Below are positions 50,901 through 61,537 of a stretch of 64,000 bases of DNA, in pieces. The position numbers were made by a program, and so were the translations under genes. The first letter of the stretch is position 1; each line of letters begins with the position of its first letter. Under the pieces are notes generated by a model. It was not told where the DNA came from. It ran no database searches and worked only from the letters and a program-made list of their open reading frames with translations. The stretch is taken from assembly GCA_964019335.1 (NCBI GenBank), contig OZ025656.1, positions 186,001 through 250,000 on the forward strand, given 5' to 3'. Source of the DNA: Diplonema japonicum. Its lineage: Eukaryota; Protista; Euglenozoa: Diplonemea.

Positions 50901-53900
50901 TTTTCCAACGTGCTGTATCGCAGTGTGGTATAGGAGTGATCAACCTCACATCAAGCCTGAAGCCCTGGTCAGGCTTTGCGGAAGCTTCTATCTTCGGTGA
51001 CATAACAAAGAGCAAGGAGGTTATGAAGAAGTTGTTCAAACTGACTGGGGTGTGCTCGGGGATAGATGTGCGCCTCAACAGACATCTGAAAAGATACGTG
51101 CGCTACGAGGGGCTGTGGAAGGGCTCGAAAGATACGATCATCAACAGCTTTGCAGCGAAGGACCCTTCACTCGACTCGTATGAAGAGATGCTGCAGAAGT
51201 ACTCCGCGACACTGACCGAAGTGCGCAACCTGCCGCCTAACTCCACAGTGTCACCGTTCCTACTAGATATCACCGATTTCAAAAACGAGCTTGTGAGACA
51301 CACGGAAATGTGGATAACCGGGTTCCTCAAACCGTTGCACAAAAGGGCGCACGGCCTGCTGCAAGATATGTGCGATGTACTGGACGCACTCCAGAAGCGG
51401 TTAAAGACAGACATGGCAGAGACGCTGCAGGATTTCAGTTCTCTGGTAGCAACGATACATGAGGTGCGGGAATGGAGCAGCACGATAGAGCATACTTTGT
51501 ATCCGATAGAAGGGCACTATAGACTGCTGGACTATTACAAGTACAACATGGCTTCTAAGGATGGGTATGTGGTGAGTGATCTGCGCTACAGGTGGCGGAA
51601 GATCCAAACACAGTCCCACGCAACGTATGACTACATCTCACGTGTGCAGCTATTCTTCCGGAACGAACTAGTGCTGGACCTGCAACGCTTCGGTGTGGAG
51701 GTCATCATTTTTACCAACCGTTTCAAGCACTTCACTGCTACCATCGATCAGATCCGTGCGCAGGACGCACTCGAGCGTCTTCGGAAGTACGAGCGCACCA
51801 TCGAAGACATAATCAGAAAATTGTTCCTCCAATATGCCGGTGCCAAACTATTCTCGCTTCCCTTCTTCCGGCAACCTTTGCTTGAGGAGTGCGAGCGTGA
51901 TTTTATCCTCTTGTTGAAGGTTTACGAGCTACGCATTGAAGTCGCCGACGAAGAAGAAGCCTTCAGCAGTACTTTGTGGGTCGACATCAACCTCAGCAAA
52001 ACATACGCCAACCTGATGAGACTGACAGCTGCCTTCAAAATGCTTCCTTCGAGTTTGGAGGAGCGCAAAGTGTTCTCTGAGATCAAAGAAATCCTGAACA
52101 CATTGCAGACGCACATCCCTCTTTTTAAGCTTCTCTCACAGCAGTGCGTCCACACAAGGCATTGGATGAGACTCATGAACATGTGTGAACAGCAGTGGTC
52201 GCTGCAGGAAGACACGTTTTGTATTGGAGATCTGTTTCGAGCAGAGCTGCTGTCTGTGAGGGAGGCTGTTGAGGAGCTTGTTTTATGTGCAACGAAAGAG
52301 GCACACATTGAGGCTAGCTTGCAGCGCATCACAGCGCAGTGGAAGTCACGCCAGCTGGTCTTCATGAGACACCCCAAGGGCTGGGGCGACATCCTGAAGG
52401 GTGACGATGCCTACTCCGTGAAGGATGCCCTGGAGGAGTCGCAAATGCAGCTCTCATCACTGCTCACGTCACGCCATATCGACGCCTTCAAGGACGAGGT
52501 TAAGCTGTGGGTAGTGAAGCTGTCCGCAACGTCCGAAACCCTAACTGCGTGGTTGGAAGTCCAAGCCGCCTGGATGCACATCGAGGCAGTCTTCTCGGGT
52601 GGTTCTATTGCCATGCAGATGCCCGACGAGGCCAGGAGGTTCGCCACCATCGACCAGCAGTGGTCTAAGATAATGGCGCGTGCCAAGCAGTCCGATTCCG
52701 TGGTGCAGTTTTGCAGCGGGAACGACCTCTCGGTCCTGCCGTCCCTCGCCGAGCAGCTTGGAGAGTGTCAACGGAAGCTGTCGGTTTTCCTGGAGGAGAA
52801 ACGAACCATGTTCCCCAGGCTGTACTTCGTGTCGGAGAATATCCTGCTGGAGATCCTTGCGCAGGCGTCGCAAGCATCGTCCATCACCATGTTCCTGCCT
52901 ACTGTTTTCGACGGCCTGACAGGTGTGAGCATCAACGAAGGACCGCACCCGGCCATCACTATGTTGGAGTCTACCGATAATAAGCCTGTGAGGCTGTGCA
53001 ACCCTGTTGCCTGTGACGGCGATGTAGAGGTGTGGCTGGAGAAGCTGCGATTGGAAATCCACTACACCATGCACGACCTGCTGAGGTCGGCAGCCACTGA
53101 ACTGGCATTGTTACACTCGAGTGATACAATCGACCCAAACCTTTTCATCAGCGAGCGGCCCTCACAGATCAACGTCGTCATCTTGCGGCTGCTGTGGACG
53201 ATGGATGTCTACACCGCTCTGTCGGCTCCCCGTGGGGAGCAACGCAAGTCCATCCAGGACTGCACCAAACGGCTTAAAGAAATCATGTGTGCTCTGACGG
53301 AATCAAGGCGCACACAAGTGCACACAAAGCAGGCTGTCGACTGCCACGACTCTATCCTTGTTTGCCTTGTCCACCTTACAGAGGTTTGGCAGCACCTTTG
53401 CTCCGTCAAAAATAAGGAATCGCTGTCCCACCAATGGGAGTGGACAAAGCTCACCCGGGTGCATTGGAAAGCAGACGGCAACACTTGCGTCATCAGAAAC
53501 GTGGACGCCGAGCTGGTGTATGGTTACGAGTACTGCGGGTACAAGGAGCAGCTTGTAGTGACACCGCTCACTGAAAGGTGTTTCATTACGATGTTTCAAG
53601 CTTTGGTGCAACATTTGGGTAGTGCTGCGATCGGGCCTGCTGGAACTGGAAAAACAGAGACCGTTAAAGAGCTAGGCAGGCTGTGTGGGAGGTTCGTGGT
53701 GGTGTTCAACTGTTCCAACCACATGGACAGCAAAGGGCTGGGGAGGATATTCCGCGGGCTGGTGCAATCGGGGGACTGGGGGTGCTTCGATGAGTTCAAC
53801 AGAATCGAACGTCCTGTTCTGTCTGTGATGGCTAGTCAGATACAGTGCATTCTGCACGCGTTAAAAAGGAGGGTGGTGGAATTCCTGTTCACAGACGGGC

Positions 53901-56900
53901 GGTTGGCACGGCTGAACAGCAACGTGGGAGTGTTTGTCACAATGAACCCCAACACGAGGTGCGCCGTCCCAGAGAACTTGAAACTGCTGTTCAGAACAGT
54001 AACGATGGTGCATCCTGACAGACGTGTCATCATTCGAATCAAGCTTGCAGCCTTGGGGTTCAAAGAGAGCGCAATGCTGGCTAAGAAATTCGACATTCTC
54101 TACAAGCTAGCTGAGTGGCAGCTGACCCAACAGGGCCATTATGACTTTGGCCTCCGCAGCATCATAGCCGTTATTCGAACTGCCAAAACCGCTCTCAGCG
54201 CTTCGGGCGACTCGACTTCAAAGGACCGCCGCGGCACCATCCTCAACCTCGAGACCAGGCGCCGCTCTACCGCTGCCCTCCTCCACGAAGAAGCGATCCT
54301 CATGGACGTGCTCAAATCGGTGAATCTACCAAAACTGGTCCAAGAAGACGTCCAAGTTTTCAGGTCACTCCTTGCGGCTGTCTTCCCTGGTGTGCCCGAG
54401 AAGCTGGACTCGTCTGAAATAGTGAAGCTACTCATTGAGAATGCTGTCGCACTCAAACTAGAACCGTCGATGGAGTGGATACACAAAGCAAGCCAGTTAT
54501 ACACTACGAAATTGGCACGCCACGGGCTGCTGCTAGCCGGCCCCGCGGGAGTGGGAAAAACAATGCTGTTGAATCTGCTGCTCACAACCCTCTGCGCGAA
54601 GGGTGAGAAACACAAGGAACTGCGTCTCTGCCCTCGTGCTGTAAATTCTTCGCACATGTTTGGCTTTGTAAACCCGAAGTCCAGCGAGTGGGACCGCGGT
54701 ATCTTCGCCTCGTTATGGAAGCGTGCTAATGGGAAAGAGTCACTGAGAACGCACGCAACGTGGCTGGTGTGCGATGGGCCCATCAGCCAAGACTGGATCG
54801 AGAACTTGAACTCTGTCATGGACGACAACAAGGTGCTGACGCTGTCGAACGGCGACAGGCTGCCCATGGCACCCTCGACAAGGTTGGTATTCGAAGTCGA
54901 GGACTTGCTGGAGGCTTTACCCGGGACCGTCACTAGGGTGGGCATCGTGTACCTCTCAGAAGCGGAGCTGCCCTGGTACGATGCATGCAAGGCTGTGTTC
55001 AGTGATGCGTGGAGCGCCAGTGAGGTGTGTGGGTTATCAAGAGATGTGTTGAACGAAGTGGAGGAGCTGTTCTATGCCCATGCGGAGGACATGTGGCAAG
55101 AGTGTGTGGAGCTGGTGAACAAGAAGCTCCCCGGGGTGACGCCGCGACACGTCCTCTGCAAGTGCGCCACCGACATATGCAACATCCTCAAAGAACTGCA
55201 GCGCACTGTCGACAGCGCTGAATGTTATGAACGCGTCTTTTGGAACTGCCTCTCCTCCTCTATAGGGCACATTTCTCCTGCAGCAGGCAAGACCCTTGTC
55301 AACAGATACGTCCAAGCCCACGCGTCACCCGTGGCCCTCCCCCCTGGGGAGGATATTTTTGCGGTCTTTATCAACCAAGCAGGCAAATGGTGCCCCCTCA
55401 GCTCGGAGAACATGTTCTCTACGTCACTCAACAACTTCGTTCCCACAGCAGCAGGTCAGAATGCACTGTTGTTTGCGCTCACCAGCATCAAAACACGACG
55501 ACCTGTGCTGTTCGTCGGTGAGCGCGGATGCGGCAAGAGTACTGCCATCACATGCCTCATTCAACAGTACCAGGAACTCAACCCGCAACTCTCCCGGAGA
55601 CGCCTCGTACTGGGCTCATCAACGTCATCCCGCGGTCTGCAGCACAGCATCGAGAATGAACTTACCAAAAAGATGGGTAGAACATATGGCCCGCGCTCTG
55701 GGGAGGAACTGTACTTATTCGTCGACGACCTGTCGGCACCTATCGACCCTGTGCACGACCACCCAACGTCGGAGCTCATTAGGCAGCTCATCGAGTGGAA
55801 CGGGCTGTGGTCTCTCACGAGGACAGGCGAATGGAAATCTGTAGCGCAGGTTTTCTGGACAGCTGCCGTTAATTACAGCATCCTGGGCAGACTGCCAAAC
55901 AGGCTGCTGCGGCACTTTGCCGTTTTGGAGTACCCCCTTCTCACTGAAGATGAGTTGTGCCACACAGCACGCATTCTAGCACCCTTGATCCCAGAGCAGC
56001 TCATCCAGATGACTGTGTCGCTGTGGTCTGCCTGCTCGAACTTCCTCATCCCAAACGTTGGAAGAACACACCTGCAGTGGAGTCTACGCGACGTGTTCAG
56101 AGTAGTGCAAGGTTTGTTGATGGCGCCAAGTGGGATGCCCATCTACGCACTCTGGGAGCATGAGTGCTACCGCGTGTTTGCCGACTGTCTGAACGACAGC
56201 GAGTCCTTGCAGTGGTACCAGTCCACTGTGCGGGATCTCACCGAAGGTGTCGAGGGCTCGTTGCAAGAACAGAACCACGAGACCAAGATGCATTATTTCA
56301 AGTCCCCTGAAGGCTCACACTACTCGATGATGAGTGGGGACCAGCTAACGTACCAGCTGACAAAGGCCAAAGGGCTGCTCACAGAGATGGGGAATGACTT
56401 TAGCGAAGTTGTAGTATTCAACGAGGTCGTAAACCACGTGGCAAGGATATGCAGGGTGCTGTCTCTCAAGGGTGGATCTATGCTCTTCGTAGGGTACGCA
56501 GGCATGGGCAGGAGGAGCATGGTGCTGCTTGCAGCACATCTTTGCGACCAGCAATGCCACGAAGTAACCAGCAGAGGATCCTACCAACGGGACATCGATG
56601 ACTTCCTACGCCCGGTGGTGAAGGCGGCAGGACTTGAGGGACCTCAAACGGTGCTGATTAAAGACGGGGCTATTAACCAAAGGGATCAGTTTCTGCAAGC
56701 AGCATGCACGCTTCTCGACTCAGGCGAGGTGCCGGGGCTGTTCAGCTATGAAGACCGCTTGAACATCATGCAAGAGCTGCGGGCAAACAGCGACAACCCA
56801 ACAAGCAGCACGGATCTGTGGGTGGAATTCACAAATGCTGTGCAGAGCAATCTGCATCTAGTGTTGTGCGTGTCGCCTTGTGTTCTACTATCTGAAGAGT

Positions 56901-59900
56901 TCAGCCGCTTTCAAGGACTCACCTCAGGATGCATCGTCAACTGGTGCTTCCCGTGGTCTCAGGCAAGCCTTGTCGCCATCGTCAAGGAGCTTATCTCGGA
57001 GTCCCTCTCGCAGGATATTGCCGACGCACCCTTGATCGAAGACACCGTGGCACACGCAGCTGCTGCCATCCACCACAACATGGTGTCCCTGTATGACGAG
57101 TACTCGAAGAAGTACAAGCGAACCCAATACCTCACACCGAGAACTATAAAATGCTTCGTTCAGGTTTTCCTTTCCACGTTTGTCAAGAAGTACGAAAAGA
57201 TGAGCAAGTATGCCTCAAAGGGGAAGACGGGGCTGCTGCGACTGAACGAGACATCACGCGACGTATCACGGATAATGGCAATGGTCGCTTCGAAAGATGA
57301 GAAGCTGAGGGAGGCGCAGCAGCAGCAGGCTCTGCTTCGTGCGGAGATGTATGAAAGCTCTGCTGGAGCGGAACGAAAGAAGGCCCAAGCGAATGAAGAG
57401 AAAGACAACTTTGCTTTAGAAGCCGAGAAGGTTGCCGCAGCCCGTCGGGAGGCGGTGTCTGATCTGAACGTCGCGCAGCCAGCTTTGGAGAATGCGAAGA
57501 AAGTGCTGGACGCCATTACTCCGCAGGACATAAAGCAAATCAAGAGCCTCTCCAACCCTCCGAGTATTGTGAGGAAGATCTTCGATGCCGTCTGCTTACT
57601 GCTACACATACCAGTTGCAGAAACAAGAGCTGAGATAGACAATAGAGGACGGAACCTGCTCGTGGACTCATGGACACTGAGCGGACGGAGCCTCGCCAGC
57701 CGGCTAGACTTCATGCAGCTGATCCACGATTTCAACACCATCAAGAAGGACTGGCTGAACCAAGAGACGCTGGAGCTGATGCTGCCCTATCTATCTATGG
57801 AGGACTTCAACTTCGAGCGTGTCAAGAAAGCGTGCGGGAATGTGGCGGGACTGTGTATGTGGTGCAGGACCATGTATGACTACTACTGGGTGGCGAGGGA
57901 TGTGGAGCCAAAACTTAAGAAAGTTCGAGAAGCGGAGGCAAAGATGAGGGCAGCGAATGCCAGGTTGATAAAGGCACAGGAAGCACTTGACAAGCTAGAG
58001 AACGAGATGCGGATATGCGAAAAGAAGCTTGAGGAACAGCGCGAGAGGCAGCACGTCATCGAAGCCGACTCTGCACAACTGCGCAAAACAACGGAGTCCG
58101 CCAACGCCCTGATCGAAGGACTTTCTTCGGAGAAGGAACGGTGGATCCACATGTCACAGACGTACGTCGAATCCCTCTCCTTCATGCCTGACGCGTGCCT
58201 CATCGAAGCGGCAATGCTGACCTACTGCGGGCCCTTCAACACAGATTTCAGAAAGCGTGCTGTCGTCATGTTTCTGGAATGCTGTTCCCGTGACACGCTC
58301 CCGGAATCTAGCATCTGGAACATCGAGCAGGACGAAGCAGACACCGTTATCGAGTGGTGTGCAGCCGGATTACCCAACGATGAGCACAGCATACTTAACG
58401 CGAAGATCATCATGGGCCTGAAGCCGTACATGTTTAGCTTCCTTTTCGACCCGCAAGCGCAGGGCCTGAGTTGGCTGAAAGGTGTGTGCAGGCCGAAGGG
58501 GTTGAAATGCATCGAAGCTAAGACGCCCAACATATGTGAAGTTGTGTTCGAGTGCATGCGAGACGGTGTCCCGCTCATCGTCGACGACATGAATGACAAC
58601 GTAGACCCCGTGCTGCTCCCCCTCCTGCAGCAAGGGCTGCGAGCTAAAACCGTGTTCATGGAGGGGCGGCTGCACGACATCACTGAAGGATTCGAGTTGT
58701 ACTTCGTCTGCAGGCAGTCTGAGCTGGACCTGGGGTCGGAGTTGGGAAGCGTGTTAAGCATCGTAGACTTCAGAGTCACTGAAAGCGGGTTGGAGGAACA
58801 GCTCTTGAGCAGAGTCCTCCAAGCTGACAGGCCTGAGCTAGAGGCAGAACTCCGTAAAGTGAACAACTTCCTTACTAGTGGGGGGAAACGACTTCGCGGG
58901 CTTGAAGATAACCTCTTGGAGTGCATCACTCAGAGCGGTACGGCCCTCATCGATGATTCCAGTCTGATCACCACTCTGCATGACATCAAGTCCACTGCAC
59001 ACGAGGTCAAGGAACAGCTCACCATCGCCTGGGAAACGAAATCTAAGATACAACGTGCCCGTGAGGAGTACCGTCCTGTTGCCGCACGTGGCAGTCTGCT
59101 TTATTTTCTAACGATCGAGTTTTCGAAGGCGCACCCTGTGTACCGCATCTCCCTCTCGCAAGTCATGTTCCTATTCGACAAGGCAATCAAAGTGGCAAGC
59201 AAACCCGTGATCCTATCACGGAGGGTTTCGTCTGTGTCAAAAACGCTCACGTCGCTTATTTCTGCCCACTACGGGAGGGGCTTGCTTGACGAACACAAGA
59301 TGCTTTTTTCCTTGATGCTGGCGTGTGAAGTGCTTGTGGAGGCGGGGTCCGTGACACAGGAAGGAGTGACGTGTCTTCTGACGGGTGGTTCTCATATGTC
59401 TTCTGGGATGATAAAGTGTGGTTTGCTGTCGTGGTTGCCTCAGACAACATGGGTGAACGCCGTTGCGGCGACCAACGCATGCAGTGGTTTGAAGAACCTC
59501 ACAGCACTGCTTGAGAGTGACCGTGAAGAATGGCGCGAGTGGTATGAGCACGAGGCTCCAGAGACCCTCCCCATGCCGTGCTACGAACCTTCCCTCCCCC
59601 CCTTCGAACGCCTGCTCATTATACGCTGCCTCCGAGAGGACCGCACTATACCCGCTGTTGCTGCATTCATAACCGCCACCCTTGGCGAAGCATACACTGA
59701 GCCCCCCGAGTTTTCCATCAGCGATGTCATCAAAGAGACCACCCCCACCACCCCCGTCTTGTGGTTCCTCAGGGACGGCGCCGACCCTTCCATCGAGATA
59801 GAAATCCTCGCTAAAAAGCTAAAACAACGCATGCTGTGCCTCTCCATGGGTGCCGGCCAGGAATCAGCACAGTGGGAAATGGCTAAAAAAGCGCTGGAAT

Positions 59901-61537
59901 CAGGTGCATGGGTCCTACTCCAGAATGTGCATTTCGGGATACCACTCGCCTTAAAACTCCAGGAGTATTTAGAAGACCTGGGGAGGGCGGAATCGATTAA
60001 GATACAACCAGAGGGAAGAATGCTTATCACGTCGGAGATCACACCCGAGCTTCCTCGGTGGCTTACTGAGAACAGCTTTAAACTAGCTGGCGGGATGCCG
60101 GTGGGGATAAAGGCATCCATGAAAAACGCGCTGGGATGCCTCACATCGGATATGCTTGGGTCCTTTAAGAGGCCTGAATATAAAACACTTGTATACGTGT
60201 TGTGCCTGCTGCACAGCATGTTACAGGGCAGGGCACGGTTCGGTCCATGTGGGTGGTCACAGGAGTATTCGTTTCACACGCTGGATGTGATGTCTGCGGT
60301 GATGTTCTTGCAAAACCACTTCTCGATGATCGGCGACATCGGCAGCAGGTGCCTTCCTGTGTCGTTTGACTGCTTGGGGTACATGGTGTCCGAAGTGTTC
60401 TTCGGCGGTAATGTGATGGACGAGTGCGACAGGAAGATATTACGGGCACAGGTAGGGTCGGTGTTCAACCAACTACGGAACACACCGCTTACAGAAATGG
60501 GACAGATAGAGATCGCACCGGAGCTGTTCGTAAGCTGGGATATGGACCCGTACAGCTTCATGAACAATGTTCAGGATATACCAACGGCTGACAGCCCACA
60601 GACGTTGGGACTGCACTCCGCATCAGACGCCACACGCGTGACAGAGCAGTTCGTCAACATGCAACAACAGATGCGCGGCGACTACGTAGCCGGCTGTAAC
60701 GACATTGTGATAGAGCACATCAGCGCCCTTCTGGAGAGCATCCCCCTTACCGAGTGGGACAACGACTATCTTGACGAACGGTACGAAGCGCTTGCCGATA
60801 GCATCCACGAGTCTCTCCTTCTGTGCATCGTGCACGAAGTTCGTTATTTACAAACGCTCTTCGCTACCATTCACAGCAACGCAGTGGAGCTACTGGGAGT
60901 GCTGCAAGCAAGCAAGACATCAAGTACTCTACACCACATTGCGGAAGTCCTCCGCAGGGGTGACGTCCCGTGCGCGTGGAAGATAACGCGGAGACACCAG
61001 AGCATCTCGGAGTGGATTCACGACATGAAGCAACGACACGCACAGCTGAGCGGGTGGCTGGCAACGGGCATCTCACAATGCGTACAATTCGATGCACTGT
61101 CTAACCAGAAGTGCTTTCTAGCAGCGGTTTTAAGGGAAGCTGCAGAGAGAGCGATCAAACCGTTGGATGCATTGAGGTTCAACCCGGAGTTCACAGATCT
61201 ATACGAGCCTGTCTCCCCTTTGCCGTCTTCGCAAGAAGTACTGTATTTAAGCGGGATACGGTTGGAAGGCGCATCGTGGGACATAACACAGCACAAATTG
61301 CTGCCCGAGGTGCAAAAGGATGGTTTCCCGATGCCGCTTCTCGAACTGAACATCGAAGAGGGTGATCTTCTACAAGATGCCGTCTCAAAAGACCGCAGGT
61401 ACCAAAACCGATCGTTTTACTGCTGCCCTTGTTACACATCGAAGGGCAGCGAGGCGGGCGTTGTATTTGAGGTGCCGTTTGAATGTTCAAACCCCGATTT
61501 CTGGACCCTGCGAAGCACGTCTTTAATCGCGGAGTGA
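47984..61537 (+). CDS. Axonemal dynein heavy chain, divergent, closest in motifs to outer-arm gamma (DNAH5/8) type
   Basis: 4517-aa single ORF; AAA1 GPAGTGKTETVKE and QSGDWGCFDEFNRI, HYDFGLR, AAA2 GPAGVGKT, WIENLNSVMDDNKVLTLSNGDRL, AAA3 GERGCGKS, stalk/MTBD, C-terminal LEGASWD. Confidence 0.95.
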   Translation: MREIGKKILQKAAAYLFDDAGVHRLETTSYEDIMNGFITGGIDVFSFVVYQDEHEMTMNDAPPPPPQIELVTDQKGSKRRSRTGSTAAVIFSPRKTVHYQEGCHAVGVGFVSPYRESFCSIPSPESFHSRNLLQILPGGSPTTSKRRSRFCSVPMAVSTLEEKVDIMTGLPPESHIFHRACFVIRRKLPKSLSDVAMGLITSPSMSHITRAMLSVNTKGVNSGLVLNAATALRNLSEEELAYTAIPHITPATLNSIDSCSKAIERWMYFMNGTVAESVPHHEHTITEGPHVELDQWRTCLPKLKAVLKQANQPCVQQALSLCPVHLQTSWKEAENCVTTGMREASDMMRPLARLSQLFSPLYGDDLSLTVTALPGIFTNMLLLQHLSYHYTDLDNMTRLLKRVSIQLVTHLKGAILERCADASIWQASQTEEGLDALLQWCDSVKHITALCEESMRKAFTQAGLDLPVDDICSCIVLFGRRVCKLKQVFLVSKQFNMFTNRNIPGTPPLVDRFKSTLYQLRASSPDLLEYTSIGFDKACVMFMSSTTELETSVKVLINNAFERITDVNKASVLLKNFLAILTEPPLRHEVHKKRMIILEHFTSDMAKMSKLLRASNNKPPFYRNALPISAAVGWARLLSSKLQHCNGVLKKEHQSEGTSKILRKAIISYNKVFRELVDYENVWMTAWVQSAAEGLNGVKETPILVRATKGSEDILAVHISKAYMLTVSAARQLRIMGVTLPPMFQAALALHPSVMASKQQLQGVVEECAAVLSSIPSYLKYITRPLVSTVEKVLEPGLNGTLSWVSVGITQFISSSSTAVAKLADAMQHVRVVMNDWIGQLLECLGGCKLIDVTQVPYTMGDFIDAQISHVEKQPHFIGKWCSAVERGCHAIVDIIPKDERGDGAERGLLMHFHRQVCKEIIRATCASLDALRKLLSPRESSSVFMVKQPPPLFKIYLRLTRIGWKIDPPVGFFQRAVSQCGIGVINLTSSLKPWSGFAEASIFGDITKSKEVMKKLFKLTGVCSGIDVRLNRHLKRYVRYEGLWKGSKDTIINSFAAKDPSLDSYEEMLQKYSATLTEVRNLPPNSTVSPFLLDITDFKNELVRHTEMWITGFLKPLHKRAHGLLQDMCDVLDALQKRLKTDMAETLQDFSSLVATIHEVREWSSTIEHTLYPIEGHYRLLDYYKYNMASKDGYVVSDLRYRWRKIQTQSHATYDYISRVQLFFRNELVLDLQRFGVEVIIFTNRFKHFTATIDQIRAQDALERLRKYERTIEDIIRKLFLQYAGAKLFSLPFFRQPLLEECERDFILLLKVYELRIEVADEEEAFSSTLWVDINLSKTYANLMRLTAAFKMLPSSLEERKVFSEIKEILNTLQTHIPLFKLLSQQCVHTRHWMRLMNMCEQQWSLQEDTFCIGDLFRAELLSVREAVEELVLCATKEAHIEASLQRITAQWKSRQLVFMRHPKGWGDILKGDDAYSVKDALEESQMQLSSLLTSRHIDAFKDEVKLWVVKLSATSETLTAWLEVQAAWMHIEAVFSGGSIAMQMPDEARRFATIDQQWSKIMARAKQSDSVVQFCSGNDLSVLPSLAEQLGECQRKLSVFLEEKRTMFPRLYFVSENILLEILAQASQASSITMFLPTVFDGLTGVSINEGPHPAITMLESTDNKPVRLCNPVACDGDVEVWLEKLRLEIHYTMHDLLRSAATELALLHSSDTIDPNLFISERPSQINVVILRLLWTMDVYTALSAPRGEQRKSIQDCTKRLKEIMCALTESRRTQVHTKQAVDCHDSILVCLVHLTEVWQHLCSVKNKESLSHQWEWTKLTRVHWKADGNTCVIRNVDAELVYGYEYCGYKEQLVVTPLTERCFITMFQALVQHLGSAAIGPAGTGKTETVKELGRLCGRFVVVFNCSNHMDSKGLGRIFRGLVQSGDWGCFDEFNRIERPVLSVMASQIQCILHALKRRVVEFLFTDGRLARLNSNVGVFVTMNPNTRCAVPENLKLLFRTVTMVHPDRRVIIRIKLAALGFKESAMLAKKFDILYKLAEWQLTQQGHYDFGLRSIIAVIRTAKTALSASGDSTSKDRRGTILNLETRRRSTAALLHEEAILMDVLKSVNLPKLVQEDVQVFRSLLAAVFPGVPEKLDSSEIVKLLIENAVALKLEPSMEWIHKASQLYTTKLARHGLLLAGPAGVGKTMLLNLLLTTLCAKGEKHKELRLCPRAVNSSHMFGFVNPKSSEWDRGIFASLWKRANGKESLRTHATWLVCDGPISQDWIENLNSVMDDNKVLTLSNGDRLPMAPSTRLVFEVEDLLEALPGTVTRVGIVYLSEAELPWYDACKAVFSDAWSASEVCGLSRDVLNEVEELFYAHAEDMWQECVELVNKKLPGVTPRHVLCKCATDICNILKELQRTVDSAECYERVFWNCLSSSIGHISPAAGKTLVNRYVQAHASPVALPPGEDIFAVFINQAGKWCPLSSENMFSTSLNNFVPTAAGQNALLFALTSIKTRRPVLFVGERGCGKSTAITCLIQQYQELNPQLSRRRLVLGSSTSSRGLQHSIENELTKKMGRTYGPRSGEELYLFVDDLSAPIDPVHDHPTSELIRQLIEWNGLWSLTRTGEWKSVAQVFWTAAVNYSILGRLPNRLLRHFAVLEYPLLTEDELCHTARILAPLIPEQLIQMTVSLWSACSNFLIPNVGRTHLQWSLRDVFRVVQGLLMAPSGMPIYALWEHECYRVFADCLNDSESLQWYQSTVRDLTEGVEGSLQEQNHETKMHYFKSPEGSHYSMMSGDQLTYQLTKAKGLLTEMGNDFSEVVVFNEVVNHVARICRVLSLKGGSMLFVGYAGMGRRSMVLLAAHLCDQQCHEVTSRGSYQRDIDDFLRPVVKAAGLEGPQTVLIKDGAINQRDQFLQAACTLLDSGEVPGLFSYEDRLNIMQELRANSDNPTSSTDLWVEFTNAVQSNLHLVLCVSPCVLLSEEFSRFQGLTSGCIVNWCFPWSQASLVAIVKELISESLSQDIADAPLIEDTVAHAAAAIHHNMVSLYDEYSKKYKRTQYLTPRTIKCFVQVFLSTFVKKYEKMSKYASKGKTGLLRLNETSRDVSRIMAMVASKDEKLREAQQQQALLRAEMYESSAGAERKKAQANEEKDNFALEAEKVAAARREAVSDLNVAQPALENAKKVLDAITPQDIKQIKSLSNPPSIVRKIFDAVCLLLHIPVAETRAEIDNRGRNLLVDSWTLSGRSLASRLDFMQLIHDFNTIKKDWLNQETLELMLPYLSMEDFNFERVKKACGNVAGLCMWCRTMYDYYWVARDVEPKLKKVREAEAKMRAANARLIKAQEALDKLENEMRICEKKLEEQRERQHVIEADSAQLRKTTESANALIEGLSSEKERWIHMSQTYVESLSFMPDACLIEAAMLTYCGPFNTDFRKRAVVMFLECCSRDTLPESSIWNIEQDEADTVIEWCAAGLPNDEHSILNAKIIMGLKPYMFSFLFDPQAQGLSWLKGVCRPKGLKCIEAKTPNICEVVFECMRDGVPLIVDDMNDNVDPVLLPLLQQGLRAKTVFMEGRLHDITEGFELYFVCRQSELDLGSELGSVLSIVDFRVTESGLEEQLLSRVLQADRPELEAELRKVNNFLTSGGKRLRGLEDNLLECITQSGTALIDDSSLITTLHDIKSTAHEVKEQLTIAWETKSKIQRAREEYRPVAARGSLLYFLTIEFSKAHPVYRISLSQVMFLFDKAIKVASKPVILSRRVSSVSKTLTSLISAHYGRGLLDEHKMLFSLMLACEVLVEAGSVTQEGVTCLLTGGSHMSSGMIKCGLLSWLPQTTWVNAVAATNACSGLKNLTALLESDREEWREWYEHEAPETLPMPCYEPSLPPFERLLIIRCLREDRTIPAVAAFITATLGEAYTEPPEFSISDVIKETTPTTPVLWFLRDGADPSIEIEILAKKLKQRMLCLSMGAGQESAQWEMAKKALESGAWVLLQNVHFGIPLALKLQEYLEDLGRAESIKIQPEGRMLITSEITPELPRWLTENSFKLAGGMPVGIKASMKNALGCLTSDMLGSFKRPEYKTLVYVLCLLHSMLQGRARFGPCGWSQEYSFHTLDVMSAVMFLQNHFSMIGDIGSRCLPVSFDCLGYMVSEVFFGGNVMDECDRKILRAQVGSVFNQLRNTPLTEMGQIEIAPELFVSWDMDPYSFMNNVQDIPTADSPQTLGLHSASDATRVTEQFVNMQQQMRGDYVAGCNDIVIEHISALLESIPLTEWDNDYLDERYEALADSIHESLLLCIVHEVRYLQTLFATIHSNAVELLGVLQASKTSSTLHHIAEVLRRGDVPCAWKITRRHQSISEWIHDMKQRHAQLSGWLATGISQCVQFDALSNQKCFLAAVLREAAERAIKPLDALRFNPEFTDLYEPVSPLPSSQEVLYLSGIRLEGASWDITQHKLLPEVQKDGFPMPLLELNIEEGDLLQDAVSKDRRYQNRSFYCCPCYTSKGSEAGVVFEVPFECSNPDFWTLRSTSLIAE

